From Okamejei kenojei (lineage: Eukaryota): a stretch of 64,000 bases of DNA. Under the pieces are notes generated by a model, which saw only the letters and a list, made by a program, of their open reading frames with translations, had not been told where the DNA came from and did no database searches. Position numbers and translations under genes: made by a program. Where the stretch lies: the NCBI GenBank assembly GCA_035221665.1, contig CM069163.1, forward strand, positions 23,312,001-23,376,000, read 5' to 3'. Below are positions 52,237 to 64,000 of the stretch, piece after piece. Every line of letters begins with the position of its first letter. Position 1 is the stretch's first letter.

Positions 52237-55200
52237 ATGATTTGTCCCCGAATTAGGGGTCTTTTGCTTTGTTATTATTTGTGTTAATAACTGTGCATTA
52301 TTTTTCAGCCTGTTCAGTCTGGAATGCATTAACAACCTTTCTCCATCAGTATTGCGGCAGTGTGATAGTATGGACGTTCTCCAGGGCGTGAAATCACAGA
52401 GCTTTGAAATCTTCATGAAGTCACTCACGTGACTCTGAAATAAAATAGTAAGATTAAACGAGAACTTACCAAATTTGAAGGTTGATCTTTATTTTATGAG
52501 GAGTTGCGGTGAGGGATTTCGTGCCCTCCGCTCCCAACCCTCTATCATAAGGTCAACTGGTATGTTCTACGTCATTAACCTTACTATCTCCAGTCATGGG
52601 GCGTTCTGTGATTCCACACCGCTGCTTTGAAGAATGTCGCGCATGCGTGCTGGCGGGGTCTTCACGAAATCCCTCACCGCAACTCCTCATAAAATAAAGA
52701 TCAATCTTCGAACTTGGTAAGTTCTCGTTTAATCTTACTATCTCATTACTCTTTGGGTAAAGACATTTATTTTGAATTTCTTGTAAATGCCTTGGTGACT
52801 GTAAAGATAACCTGTAGTCATGCTTTTCTCCCACAAATGGAAATATTTTCTATATCAAAACCATTCATAAGTTTATATTCATCTATTATGTTATCTCTCA
52901 GGCTTCTTTCCTCAAGAGAACAGAAACCCTCTGCAGTGTTCTGTAAAGCTTTCCCAGGCCCTGATCTGTCTGTTCATTTCATTCTACGCTGCATTAATCT
53001 GTTCCCTTTAGACTCTGATCCTAGACCACAACCTTCATTTCCTGCAGACGTTAATGCTTTTTGTTTTGGCCATATTGGATGCAGTTGGTTGGTATGAGAT
53101 ATTGATCCAGTTTGCTACAGAAACATAGGAACAGGGCTGGGCCACAGATCCTCTAATCTGTTCAGACATTACATATGATCAGAGGTAATTATGTGACCTT
53201 ACTCCATATCCCAATACCCTTCAATACTTCTTGTTAACAACATTTTATCAATCTCAGATTTAAAATTAACAGTTGATTTAAAGTCCATTGCTAATTTGCA
53301 GAAAGGTATTCCAAATTTCTGTTACCCGCTGCATGGAACAATATTTCTTAACCTCGCCTAAAAGACCTTGAACTCATTTTTAGATTGTCTCCTAATCCTA
53401 GACTCCCTAACAGTAGTGATTTGAGCCAGAAATGTTATAAAATGTCAGAGGATTTTATCCATTGCATGATGGAATTTAATCTAAAGCAGTGTCTGCACAT
53501 TGTGTTTCTGGAAATTCTGTCGCTGTCCATCTTGTCTATGAGGCTAATGGGTGTGTTTGAGTGACATCAAATGGCATGAAACCCATGATGGGTGGCATTT
53601 TAGGGATTCTCAGAAGTAATCTGGTCTTCTTGCGAATGAAACATAAACCAAAGGAATAGTTAGATCTCAAGTTGGGTGTTGAGCAGCCAGGTTGTTGTCT
53701 CTGCGTCAATGTCTGCCAGGCCCTGAGCTCCATTTGGTGGGTGGTAGAGCGGGCACCCAGAGAGACATGGTTGGCTGTCTGTTCTGCTCCGCATGCACAG
53801 GCTGGGCTCTGGCGGCGTCCCCATCTCTACATGCTGGCATTGAAACACATGCTTGATTTCAGAAACAACTCTGGTGACTAATTTCAAATTAACTGAAGAA
53901 TCTGTTCCATACTTGGCTGTTGCCAAAGTGTCCAGAGGAGAAGGTTCGTCTAGGATGGTGCTGAAGTTAACCTTCCTGAAGGTACGTTCTGGCATTTTAC
54001 CTGAGGGGCTCTGACACAATCCTTGCCCAGGACACCCACTGTAATTGCTATTTTTTTTCCACAGCTGTCAGAAATGTACCCATATCAATCCAGACATTTA
54101 ATACCACACTAGTTCACAATGGGGAAGGCTGCAAGCTTGTGGAGACAAAGTTGTGGTTTGCATGCTACCCTCGGTCCCATGTGTTTAATACTCAGTTACC
54201 TGAACACATCATTAGATTCACGTGTGGCATTATGCACATTTGGACATAAGTCCAGATGGCATCAAACAAAATTTTTACGTCTTTCAAACAGTACAAATTT
54301 AGCTTAAATTGATACATTTCATGGCCTCTATTTAATTTATTAGTTCTTAATGTTTTGAAAACTTTAATCGCAACTCTTCACCGTGGGAATTTCTGAACAT
54401 GTCACTGGAGTTTGTGTAAATTAATTTACATGGTACACATATTATTCAGGTGAATATTATACCTAATATTCTCTGCAGCTTACCGTTTCTAAGATGTGGT
54501 GCCTGGATCAATTCAGAGCATTGCAAGTGTAGTCTAATCTGAGATATTAAGTAATTTGATATGATAAGCTTTTTTTAGTGACAACCGCCACTGACATAGG
54601 AGATCAGTTCTGTTCAACATTTTGAAATTCCCTTCTCTAAGTTGCTAAGTTTAATTTGAAAGATTGTCATTTAGTATTGTAGGTGAGAGCAAAATGCCTC
54701 ATGGCTGTTAATAGAAGCTCCACGTAGTCTATAATCTGATTGCTTTTCCAAAAAGATGGCTGAGGATTACACTAATGTCCAGGAACGAGTAATAAGCTCA
54801 TAGCTTGGGGGAGATCTGACAATATCTAGGGGTAATAAATAGTAAGAGTTTTGCGTATTTAGTTTTAGAAGGCTCATTTGGAGGGAATACATTGAAGACA
54901 GCAAAAGGGATAGTTGTAGGCAGAGAAAGAGCGACAATGAGAAAGAGTCTGAACCATAGGAGAAGAAAAGTAAAAAATACAGAGGTGAGGTTAACTGTGT
55001 GAGAGTCAGCCAAGTGCACAAGGAATCCATCATTAAATAATAGGAAACTTGAATAAATCATTATAAAAGAGCAATATAAAATTTACTTCATTTTATTTAG
55101 TGAAAATTTGCAGGCATTATATATAGTTTCTGGCAAAACAAGCTCAGAATTTAAATTTCTGACGATTTAAACTACTAGAATTGCTGAAACTATTTTTTGA

Positions 55201-55494
55201 CATTCAGCTGCCTTTTGACTAATTGTTATTCATAGTCTTTGTGCGTTGTTTTGCTGCTTTTTCTTTGCAAGTTAATACCTTAGACTTCAAAATGGTTGAT
55301 AAATATTGGTTTTAAATATTGCAAAACTGATCTGCATAAAAGCCAGAATGGGTATAAAGTGTGTAGGAGTCATGTTAATTTAAGAACATTATTCACATGT
55401 GCAACGGCTGAACTGTTCTTTGTAAGAAAAGTTTTAATACAGGAGAATGTGATGGAGCTGTATTAGCATAACTAAAATGGTATGATTGTTGTAA

Positions 55495-55864
55495 ACATTA
55501 CCAACTGCATCAAAGACCCATACCATCCTGGCCACGCACTCATTTCACTGTTGCCATCGGGAAGAAGGTACAGGAGCCTGAAAACTATAATGACCAGGCT
55601 CATGAACAACTTCTTCCCTAAAGCCATCAGGCTATTAAATACAACAGCAAATAAGCTCTGAAATATAACAGAGCATTATTGTTATTGCACAATATTTGTT
55701 TATTTATTGAGTATGTGTGAATGTGTGTATATATACACAATCTGAACTTTCTTTTTCTCCCGTTGTGTACTATGTTTACATGTTCTGTTGTGCTGCAACA
55801 AGTAAGAATTTCATTGTCCTATCTGCGACACATGACAATAAAACGCTCTTGACTCTTGACTCTT
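55495..55864 (+). mobile_element. Rex-Babar LINE 3' fragment
   Basis: IKDPYHPGHALISLLPSGRRYRSLKT..TRL.N.FFPKAIRLLN, then AATAAA and a (ctcttga)n tail. Confidence 0.85.
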
Positions 55865-56769
55865 ACATTGGTGGGTTTATGATTGTATGTCCACGGACAG
55901 AAAGACAACTTGCAATTATTTACCTTCTTCAACATAATAAATAAAAAGTCCCATTTTGCCTCACAGGCAAAAGGCATATCAGGACAGGTCTTTGCCTGTG
56001 TGCACCTATTACCTGCCACGCTTTGTCCTGCCTCTCTTCTCTTCCAACTTTCTCTGCCTTCCCTACTATCAGTCTAAAGAAGGATCCTGACACAGAACCT
56101 TCACCAACCCATGCTCTCTAGAGATGCTGCCTGATCACTGATTTACTTCAGCAATTTGTCTCCTTTTGTGTAAACCAGCATCTGCAGTTCCTTGTTTCTA
56201 CATTAGCTCAGGTTAATCTGGTCAAAATATAGGTCTAATGAGCACCTCATAAAGGACAATTAATATAGAGGTGGAGAGATTTAGGGAGAGAATGCCAGGA
56301 GAATAAAAGGCCGAGTCACTAACAATGAGATGAAGAAAATAGGGATGTGCAAGTAACTAGAATCAGAAGAGCACAGAGACGGAGGAAATTTACTAAATTT
56401 ATTGTATTCCTGTGTTCTCATTATTTCGCCCTGATAAGGTCACTAACATCAAACCACTTACATTCTCTTTCGAACATTAATGTATATGGTGAACAATATA
56501 CAAGGATGCAGCACCACTGGTTACAGTTTTTCAATTTGAAAAACAACTATTTTTAAGATGTGGTGGGTCTAATTTCTTGACTGTTATCCACTAGTTGCTA
56601 CTAGGCGGTTGGAGCTATTTTCTGTGGCCTTGGAAATCATATGGGAAAAAAATAGCAACATCTCCTCTTTCTAATTGCATTTCAATGAAAAATAGTATTT
56701 ATCTATAGTAAATGCCACCAATGTATGCAAACAAGTGTTAAAATAAGTACTCAGTTCAGCCCATCAAGA

Positions 56770-57200
56770 GGAGCACAGTCCTCCCAATCATAAAAGCATC
56801 TACATGAAGCGCTGCTTCAAGAAAGACGGTATCTATCATTACGAGGCTCATGTCATCTTCCCGATGGGCAGAAGATGCAGACATCTAAAGTCACACACCA
56901 CCAGGTTAAGGAACAGCTATTTTTCTACAACCATCAGATTCTTGAACCAACCTGCACAACCCTAATCCAACCTTAGTAATGGAGCACTTTGGAACACCTC
57001 TTCTTGCACTACTAAGGACTTTTGTTTGGAATTCCGTTTTGCACAAATGTCTTGTTTTATTCTTTATGCAACATTTATGCTGAATTTATATGTTGTATGT
57101 CGTGTGAGGCTATGTGCCTGTGAAGGTACTGCAAACAAGATTTTCATTGTACCTGTACCTTATCATACTAGTGCATATGATAATAAACTTGACCTGAATT
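56770..57200 (+). mobile_element. Rex-Babar LINE 3' fragment (older)
   Basis: Degenerate GRR...LKSHTTRLRNSYFSTTIRFLN region and a similar 3' UTR. Confidence 0.7.
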
Positions 57201-57431
57201 CATTTTCAGGATATAGGATTTGTTGGCAAGATCAACATTTATTGTTCATCCTAACTACCCTTGAGAAGATGACAATGAGCAGCCTTCTTAGACCACTTCA
57301 GTCCTTATTGGGAAAATACTCTCATGAAACTATTGGGTAGAGATTTCCTGGATGAACAATGAAGAAATTGTGATAGATTACCAAGACAGGCCAATGTGTA
57401 ACTTTAAGGGGAACTTCCAGGTGATAGTGTA

Positions 57432-58535
57432 GGAAGGAATTGCAGATGCTGGTTTAAACCAAAGATAGATGCAAAATGCTGGGGTAACAGCGGGGCAGGC
57501 AGTATCTCTGGAGAGAAAGAGTGGGTGGCAGTTACGGGTCGAGACCCTTCTTCAGACTGAAAGTCACGGCAAAGGGAAACTAGAGATATAGATGATGATG
57601 TAGAGTGATATAGAACAAATGAATGAAAGATACGCAAAACTGTAATGATAAAGGAAACAGGCCATTGTTAGCTGTTGGGTGGGTGAGAATGAGAAGCTGG
57701 TGCAACTTTGGTGGGGGAGGGATGGAGAGAGAGGGAATGCAGGGGTTACTTGTCGTTAGAGAAATTACAATTCATACCCTGAGTTGTAAACTGCCCAAGC
57801 GAAATATGAGATGCTGTACCTTCAATTTGCGTTTAGCCACACTCTGACAATGGAGGAGGCCTAGGACAGAAAGGTCAGTGTTGGAATGGGAAAGGGAATT
57901 AAAGTGTTTAGCAAGCGTGAGATCAGGTACGTCCAGGCGGACTGAGCGAAGGCGATCAACGAAACGATCGCCCAGTCTACATTTGGTCTTGCTGATGTAT
58001 AAGAGTCCACATCTTGAATAACGGAGATGTAGAAGATTCCATATCTTGAACAACGAAGATATATGAGTCCACATCTTGAACAACAGAGATTTTTATAGTT
58101 TAGTTTAGAGATACAGTGCTGAACCAGCCCCTTTGGCCCACCGACCAGCGATCCCTGCACATTAGCATAAGCCTACACACACTAGGGACAATTTACACTT
58201 ATACCAAGTATACAAACCTAATTCAATTAACCTACAAACCTGTACGTCTTTGGAGTGTGATAGGAAACCGAAGATCTCTGAGAAAACCCACGCGGGAAGA
58301 ACATACAGTATAAACTCTGTACAGACAGCACCCGTAGTCGGGATCAAACCAGGGTCTCCAGAGATGTATAAACACCTTAATTCCTCTTCACATTCCCACA
58401 TTAACCTTTCTGTCCTGGGCCTCCTCCATTGTCAGGGTGAGGCTAAACGCAAATTGGAGGAACAGCACCTCATATTTCGCTTGGGCAGCTTACAACACAG
58501 GAGTATGAAAATTGATTTCTCTAACTTCAAGTAAC
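57432..58535 (-). mobile_element. Penelope-like element 3' part (GIY-YIG endonuclease plus terminal repeat) with an inverted partial duplicate
   Basis: CGLLYISKTKCRLGDRF...AKHFN..SH...LGLLHC...RKL...HLIFRLGSLQ on - (57772-58083). The same motif recurs on + at 58370-58534, and the terminal repeat is at 57432-57560. Confidence 0.88.
58090..58365 (-). mobile_element. HE1/V-SINE-like element inside the Penelope structure
   Basis: cagacagcacccgtagtcgggatcaaaccagggtctc head (reverse), V domain and (ctaaa)n tail. Confidence 0.8.
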
Positions 58536-59385
58536 CCCAGTATTTTGTGTCTATTTCCGGGTGTTCTCTTGGGGCTGCTGTCCTTGTTCTTCCTGCTGAT
58601 TAAAATTGTGTATTTGCATTTTGCTGTTGGATTCAATGAGGCAAGTAACTGCAGTGAATTTTAAGATAGTATGCCATGGTACATCAGTGGTCGGGTGGAA
58701 TGAATGTTCCAAATAGCCCCGGAAACACCACCAAATATATGATGTGTTTCTGGTCAATGATACCTCCAGGTGCAGTGATGGTTTTACTATTGAATATCCA
58801 AGGATTGATGGTTTGTCAATGATAGTCATTACTGGTACTTATGTGGCATGAATGTTTCTTGCCATTAATTCACATATCAAACTGTTTTCAAGGTATTGCA
58901 AAAGGCAAACATGGAGTGTTTTATTTGCTTAGAAGTTGCAAATAATATTGAACATTGCACAATTATTTGCAAATATCTCCACTTCTGATCGTGCCATAAA
59001 GGTAATTAATGAAGCAGTTGAAGACAGAAGACGAGGAAAGTGCCCTGAATAAATCCTGTGAGTGAGTTCTATAAGTATATGAAGCTACTGTTTGATTAAT
59101 CTATGGGTCGATTCTCCCTCAGATCCTTCGAGCTGAAACGTCAATTTTTATTTGCTACCACATTTGCTGCCTGACCTTCTGAAAATTTCCAGCATTTTTT
59201 GTTTTTAACCTTCCAATTTAGACACTGGACCCCAGATAGTTTTGAGGAAGACCTTGCTAGAGCGACAGAGGTTGATATTAGGTCAATTATTCATTTTATT
59301 TCTTGCTGCTTTAATGGATCAAGTTAGCAATATTCTTATTGAATGGCAGGGATAGCTTTGTGTGTGTTGTCCAATCAAATCAGAT

Positions 59386-59607
59386 TCTAGTGGCACCTGC
59401 TGGTGCCTTGGGGTAGTCAAACCCTCGGATTGGCTACTCCAGTCACACGGGCGTGGGGAGCGGGTTTCACATGTTTTTTGTCGTGTTCATTCATTCAAAC
59501 GAGCGCCACACTCGTTTATTTAGCTGTCTTACAGACTCGCGTTATTCATTGTTTTACCGTTCTTTATAAAGTTCATTGAATTAACTCATGGTCTAGACTC
59601 CACTAAA
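59386..59607 (+). repeat. Gypsy 5' LTR
   Basis: Direct repeat of 63404-63635, roughly 85-90% identical by eye. Confidence 0.93.
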
Positions 59608-62600
59608 CTGGTGACCGCGACGCGTCCAATCGTTATTGGACGCCGACAATGCAGGCCGCCGCCGTTCCCGACGCTCAACAGAGTGCCGTCGGCCTCAAGC
59701 TACCGGTGTTCTGGGCCGAACAACCATAGGTTTGGTTCGGCCACTTGGAGGCACAATTCCACTTCCGTGACATAGTGGTAGACGACACAAAGTACTTCCA
59801 CGTTGTCGGCGCGCTCACGCAGGAGACGGCTTTGTGGTTATTGCCTTTCCTGCAACACCCACCGGCACTCGCTAAATACGAAGGCCTAAAAGCCCTCCTT
59901 TTTCACACGTTCCGCCTCAGCCGCTGAGCACGCGCCGCCCGCCTCCTACACATGGATGGGTTGGGCGATCGCAAGCCGTCCGTGCTGAAGGCGAAAATGC
60001 TTGCCCTGATGGACGGCCACTGTCCGTGTCTGCTCTTGAACAGGCCTTCATGGAGCAGATGCCGGACAACGTCCGCCTCATGTTCGCCGGCGCCGATTTT
60101 GCTGACCCCATACAGCTCGCCGAAAGGGCCGACGAACTCTGGCTGCCGAAACAACAAGATGGCGGCGCCATCAATCGTGTTTCCGCGCCAGCGCGCCATT
60201 CGTCTCGGCAAGACCGTGGCGACGTCCCACCCACGGCTTCCATTGCAGAGCCACAGCAGCGCGCCGGGGCTCCTATCACCTCCACTGGGGCACTGAGACT
60301 CGATGCTGCCGTCATCCCTGCTCTTTTCAGATATATGCATCGGCCGATCGTCTGTAGAGGCGATCACGATCGGCCCAAACAACCGCCTCTATGTCCGCGA
60401 CCATCTCTCCGGTAGATGCTGCCTCGTTGACTCCGGGGCTATAGTCAGTGTCCTCCCGCCGACTGGACGCGACACCCATGCTGGTAAACGGGGCCCAGTG
60501 CTCACGGGCGTTAATAGGAGCACCATCTGTACTTACGGCACGCGGACCCTCTCGCTCACTTTTGACTCACACAGCCGCTCCTTGGTGCCAATTTCCTGCG
60601 GGCGTTCTCCCTAGTAGTCGATGTGCAGCCCCAGCCCCCAGCCACAGCTCAGTTCAGTTGCCGAAGTCGATGGCCCCTACGCCTCCCTCCTCACCGATTT
60701 CCCTGAGCTCCTCACACCCCGTTTCAACGCGGCAGCCCCCAAACACGGGGTCGTACATCACATCCCCACCGTGGGCCCTCCGATACATTCCCGATACGAT
60801 ACGCCTTCCACCGGACAAGCTGCGCTTCGCGCATGACGAGTTCCAGCTAATGGAGGACATGGGGATCGTCCGGCGTTCGGACAGCCCGTGGGCATCCCCA
60901 CTACACATGGTCCCCAAAGCATCTAGGGGGTGGAGACCATGTGGGGATTATCGACACTGCAGACCGCTACCCGGTGCCCCACTTCCAAGACTTTCTTGCC
61001 CACCTCGAGGGTGCTACTTTCTTCTCGGAAGTCGACCTTGTCCAGGGCTATAATCAGATTCCGTTCACCCGGACGACGTCCCCAAAACCGCAATGATCAC
61101 CCCATTCCGCTTGTTCGAGTGGCTACGTATGCCTTTTGGATTAACGACGCCGCGCAGGCATTCCAAAGGTTTATGGACAGGGTCGGGAGGAGTCTGCCGT
61201 TTGTATTCATCTACCTCGATGACATCCTGGTCACAAGCCCCACCTAGGATGAGCACATCGCCCACCTGCGGACCCAGCGCCTCCTCGACCACGACCTCGT
61301 AATCAACCCCACCAACTGCCAGTTCAGCCTCTGTTCCATCTTGTTTCTGGGGCACAGCGTCACACCACAAGGCGCTGCCCCGCTACCCTCAGAGGTCGAG
61401 GCCATTCGGCAGTTCCCCAGGCCATGCATGGTAAAGGGGTTGCAGGAGTTTGTCGGCATGGTGAATTTTTATCACCGTTTCATGCCGGCAGCTGCCAACA
61501 TCATGCGCCCCTTGTTCCAGTGCCTCGTGGAGCTCGAATGGTCGTCGGAGGCAGACGCGGTGTTCGAGGGTGCTAAGGCAGCCCTGGCCAATGCAACCAT
61601 ATTGGTCCACCCGCGGGCCTCAGCCTCAACAACTCTCACCCTGGATGCCTTGGACACGGCTGTGGGCAGCATCCTGGAGCAGCTCGTTGACAGTCACTTG
61701 CCTTTTTTAATCGTCAACTGGGAGCCCCCAAGCGCAATTACAGCTCCTTCGACAGAGAGTTCCTGGCATTGTACCTGGCCAACAGGCACTTTCGATATTT
61801 CCTTGAGGGCCGTGTATTCACTGCCTTTACGGACCACAAACCCCTTACCTTGGCCTTGGGTAAGGTCTCCGACCAGTGGTCCGCCTGCCAGCAGCGGCGC
61901 CTCGCTTACATATTGGAGTTCACCACGGATGTTGAGCACGTCACGGGCAAGCTCAACACCGTTGCTGACGCCTTGTCCCGCCCGGCCCTCCCCTCCATTT
62001 TGGCCATAAACCATGGCGTGGACTATGAGCTGGCTGCGGCACAGCGTGCGGACACAGAAATGGCGGACTACCGCACTGCTGTTTCTGGCCTCCAGCTGGG
62101 TGACGACTTTGTGGAGCTTCGGGCACCTTCGTGGTCATTTGCGAAGTTTCAACGGGCCGACCTCGCCCTATCGTCCCCACCAGTTGGCGTTGTCGGGTTT
62201 TTAATTCCATCCATGGGCTGGTGCATCCATCCACTAGTGACGGCCAAGTTCAGGTGGCGGCCTGAGCCCGTGCCTGCATTCCCTGTCAGACCTCCAAGGT
62301 TCAGCAGTACGTGCGGCCTCCGGTGTAGGATTTCGACGTCCCCGCGGGCCGTTTTCTGCATGTCCATGTCGACCTGGAGGGGCCCGTTGCCGACATCCAT
62401 CTACGCACCACGCATCTACTTACCATCGTGGACCATTTTACGAGGTGGCCGGAGGCTATCCGGCGATCAGACGTCTCCGCCGGGGCCTGCGCTCGGGCCC
62501 TGGCAGCCATCTGGATTGCCCAGTTCGGAGTCCCGTCCGATATCTCCACTGACCGGGGGGCCCAGTTTACCTCTGCCTTACGGTCTTCCCTGGCTCAGCT

Positions 62601-63403
62601 CTACGGGGCACGGTTACACCATACCACCCGCAGGCCAAAGGGCTCGTTAAATGTTTTCACCGCCACATTAAGTTGGCGTTGAAGGCTGGACTCACGGGTC
62701 CAGACTGGGTGGACCAGTTACCGTGGGTGCTCCTCAGTATTTGCACTGCCCCCAAAGAGGACTTGGCCACTTCCTCCGCCGAGCTGGTGTACGGCTCATG
62801 CCTGGGGATTTTCTCCCTGCCGTCCGCTGGCGGTTGGACTCTGCCCCGGAGTTGCTGGCAAGCCTCAGGGAGTGGGTGAGCAGGCTAGCTCCCGTTCCTA
62901 CTTCGCGACACGGTTTGCCGGTTGTGCATATGCCGTCGGTTCTGCAGTATTGTGCTTATGTTTTTATCGCAGGGACGCCCTCCGATCCCCCTTGCAGCGG
63001 GTCTAAGTTCTGGGTGCTGCGGTCCGGTGTCGCCACCTTCACCTTGGGCGTGGGTGGCCGGTAGAAGTTTGTCTCCGTTGGTCGTCTCAAGCCCGCCCAC
63101 GTCGACGTGGACAGCCCGGTGGTGGTCGTACTACTCCGACGTAGAGGTCGTCCGCCGGCCGATCCAGCCGCACCAGTTGTGCCTGTTTCCCCCGACCCGG
63201 TCGTCCCTGTTCTTTCCGCCTCATTGCAGTTTCCTGGTCCTGTTCGACCAGTCCCCCTTGCCCCCCCCCCCCTTGCGGTCTCCTGGCCCCTGTTCGGCCT
63301 GTCCCAATTGTTACGCCCGCCTCCGCTGACCATGTGTTCTGGTCATTGTGTCCGGGTCCCTGCTCGGTTCTGTACCTCGTGTTCTGTGGGGGAGGGGGGC
63401 TCC

Positions 63404-63635
63404 TGTAGCGGCACCTGCTGGTGTCTCGGGGTAGTCAGACCCTCGGATTGGCTACTCCAGTCACGCAGGCGCGGGGAGCGGTTTTCGCGTGTTTTTTGTC
63501 GAGTTCATTCATTCGAGGGCCACGCTTGTGGATGCAACATCGTTTATTTAGCTGCCTTACAGGCTTGCGTTATTCATTGTTCTACTATTCGTAATAAAGT
63601 TCATTGAATTAACTCACGTTCTCGACTCCGCTAAA
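63404..63635 (+). repeat. Gypsy 3' LTR
   Basis: Begins TGTAG right after the polypurine tract and contains AATAAA at 63593. Confidence 0.93.
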
Positions 63636-64000
63636 AGATAATACCATGCATGAATGCAATCAACTCAAACTCAAGTACAATAGTTAGATCAAAGGGGAAG
63701 ACACAGTGCAGAATATAGTTCTCAGCATTGTAGCACACCAGTTCCATTGACAAAGTCCAATGTCTGCAATGGGGTAGAGGTGCTTCAGACAGTAGCCTAG
63801 ATTATGAAGGACCCTTCAGAAGCCTGATAATAGAAGTGAAAAAAATTGTTCCTGAGACTGATGGTGCCCACTTGTGTTTTCACGTTGTCGGAATCTATTG
63901 CTGCAAGCAGGTTTATCATTCTACCCATACCTCACCGGACTTGACACCTACTCAGTGGGTCAGGCAGCATCCATGAAAAGAAAAAAGTAGTTAACATTTC

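Larger units (their letters stand above)
49473..52741 (+). mobile_element. DIRS1-type tyrosine-recombinase retrotransposon, internally deleted and non-autonomous
   Basis: Perfect 31-bp ITRs (49504-49534 / 52634-52664). ICR 52410-52523 is complementary to both termini. RT, RNase H, methyltransferase-like and YR remnants in the canonical order. No TSD. Confidence 0.95.
59386..63635 (+). mobile_element. Full-length degenerate Gypsy LTR retrotransposon (CsRn1/Kabuki-like)
   Basis: LTRs at 59386-59607 and 63404-63635; TSD AGAT (59382-59385 / 63636-63639); PBS TGGTGACCGCGACG (59609-59622, tRNA-Trp); PPT ~63387-63399. Gag (LKLPVFW...WF...EAQF), protease (LVDSGA), RT (WASPLHMVPK, YLDD at 61212-61223), RNase H (FTDHKPL, N.VADALSR) and integrase (DHFTRWPEA, STDRGAQFTS) in Gypsy order, with many stops and frameshifts. 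Confidence 0.96.

Noticed and set aside
59640-63400. Bacterial contamination or a host CpG island
   Set aside because: The GC shift coincides exactly with an LTR-bounded, TSD-flanked retrotransposon.
62922-63607. Env-like or extra Pro-rich ORF in the Gypsy 3' region
   Set aside because: Low-complexity GC-rich sequence running into the LTR, with no signal peptide, furin site or transmembrane architecture.

Overview
Vertebrate nuclear DNA, very probably from a cartilaginous fish such as a skate or ray. That assignment is inferred from the HE1/V-SINE, CR1 and Penelope repeat landscape. There are two host genes, arranged convergently as in mammals. The last two coding exons and 3' UTR of PTPA (PP2A activator) lie on + at 5199-5306 and 12091-12165. 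The intronless IER5L gene lies on - at 31874-32722/32725, with a TATA/AP-1/Sp1/CCAAT promoter. The rest is dense with repeats: CR1, Rex-Babar, RTE and old L2/CR1-like LINE pieces; tRNA-derived SINEs; about 20 short Penelope-derived repeats, several carrying a minimal hammerhead-ribozyme core; and three copies of a ~135 bp structured (GAA)n-tailed retroelement with TSDs. Also present are a deleted DIRS tyrosine-recombinase retrotransposon with intact ITR/ICR ends (49473-52741), a full-length degenerate Gypsy element with a tRNA-Trp PBS and 4-bp TSD (59386-63635), a 16-bp minisatellite (47057-47517), and an orphan CpG-rich promoter-like element (~46.0-46.4 kb). Most short ORFs in the track are spurious or TE remnants. 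All alignments and RNA folds were done by eye.
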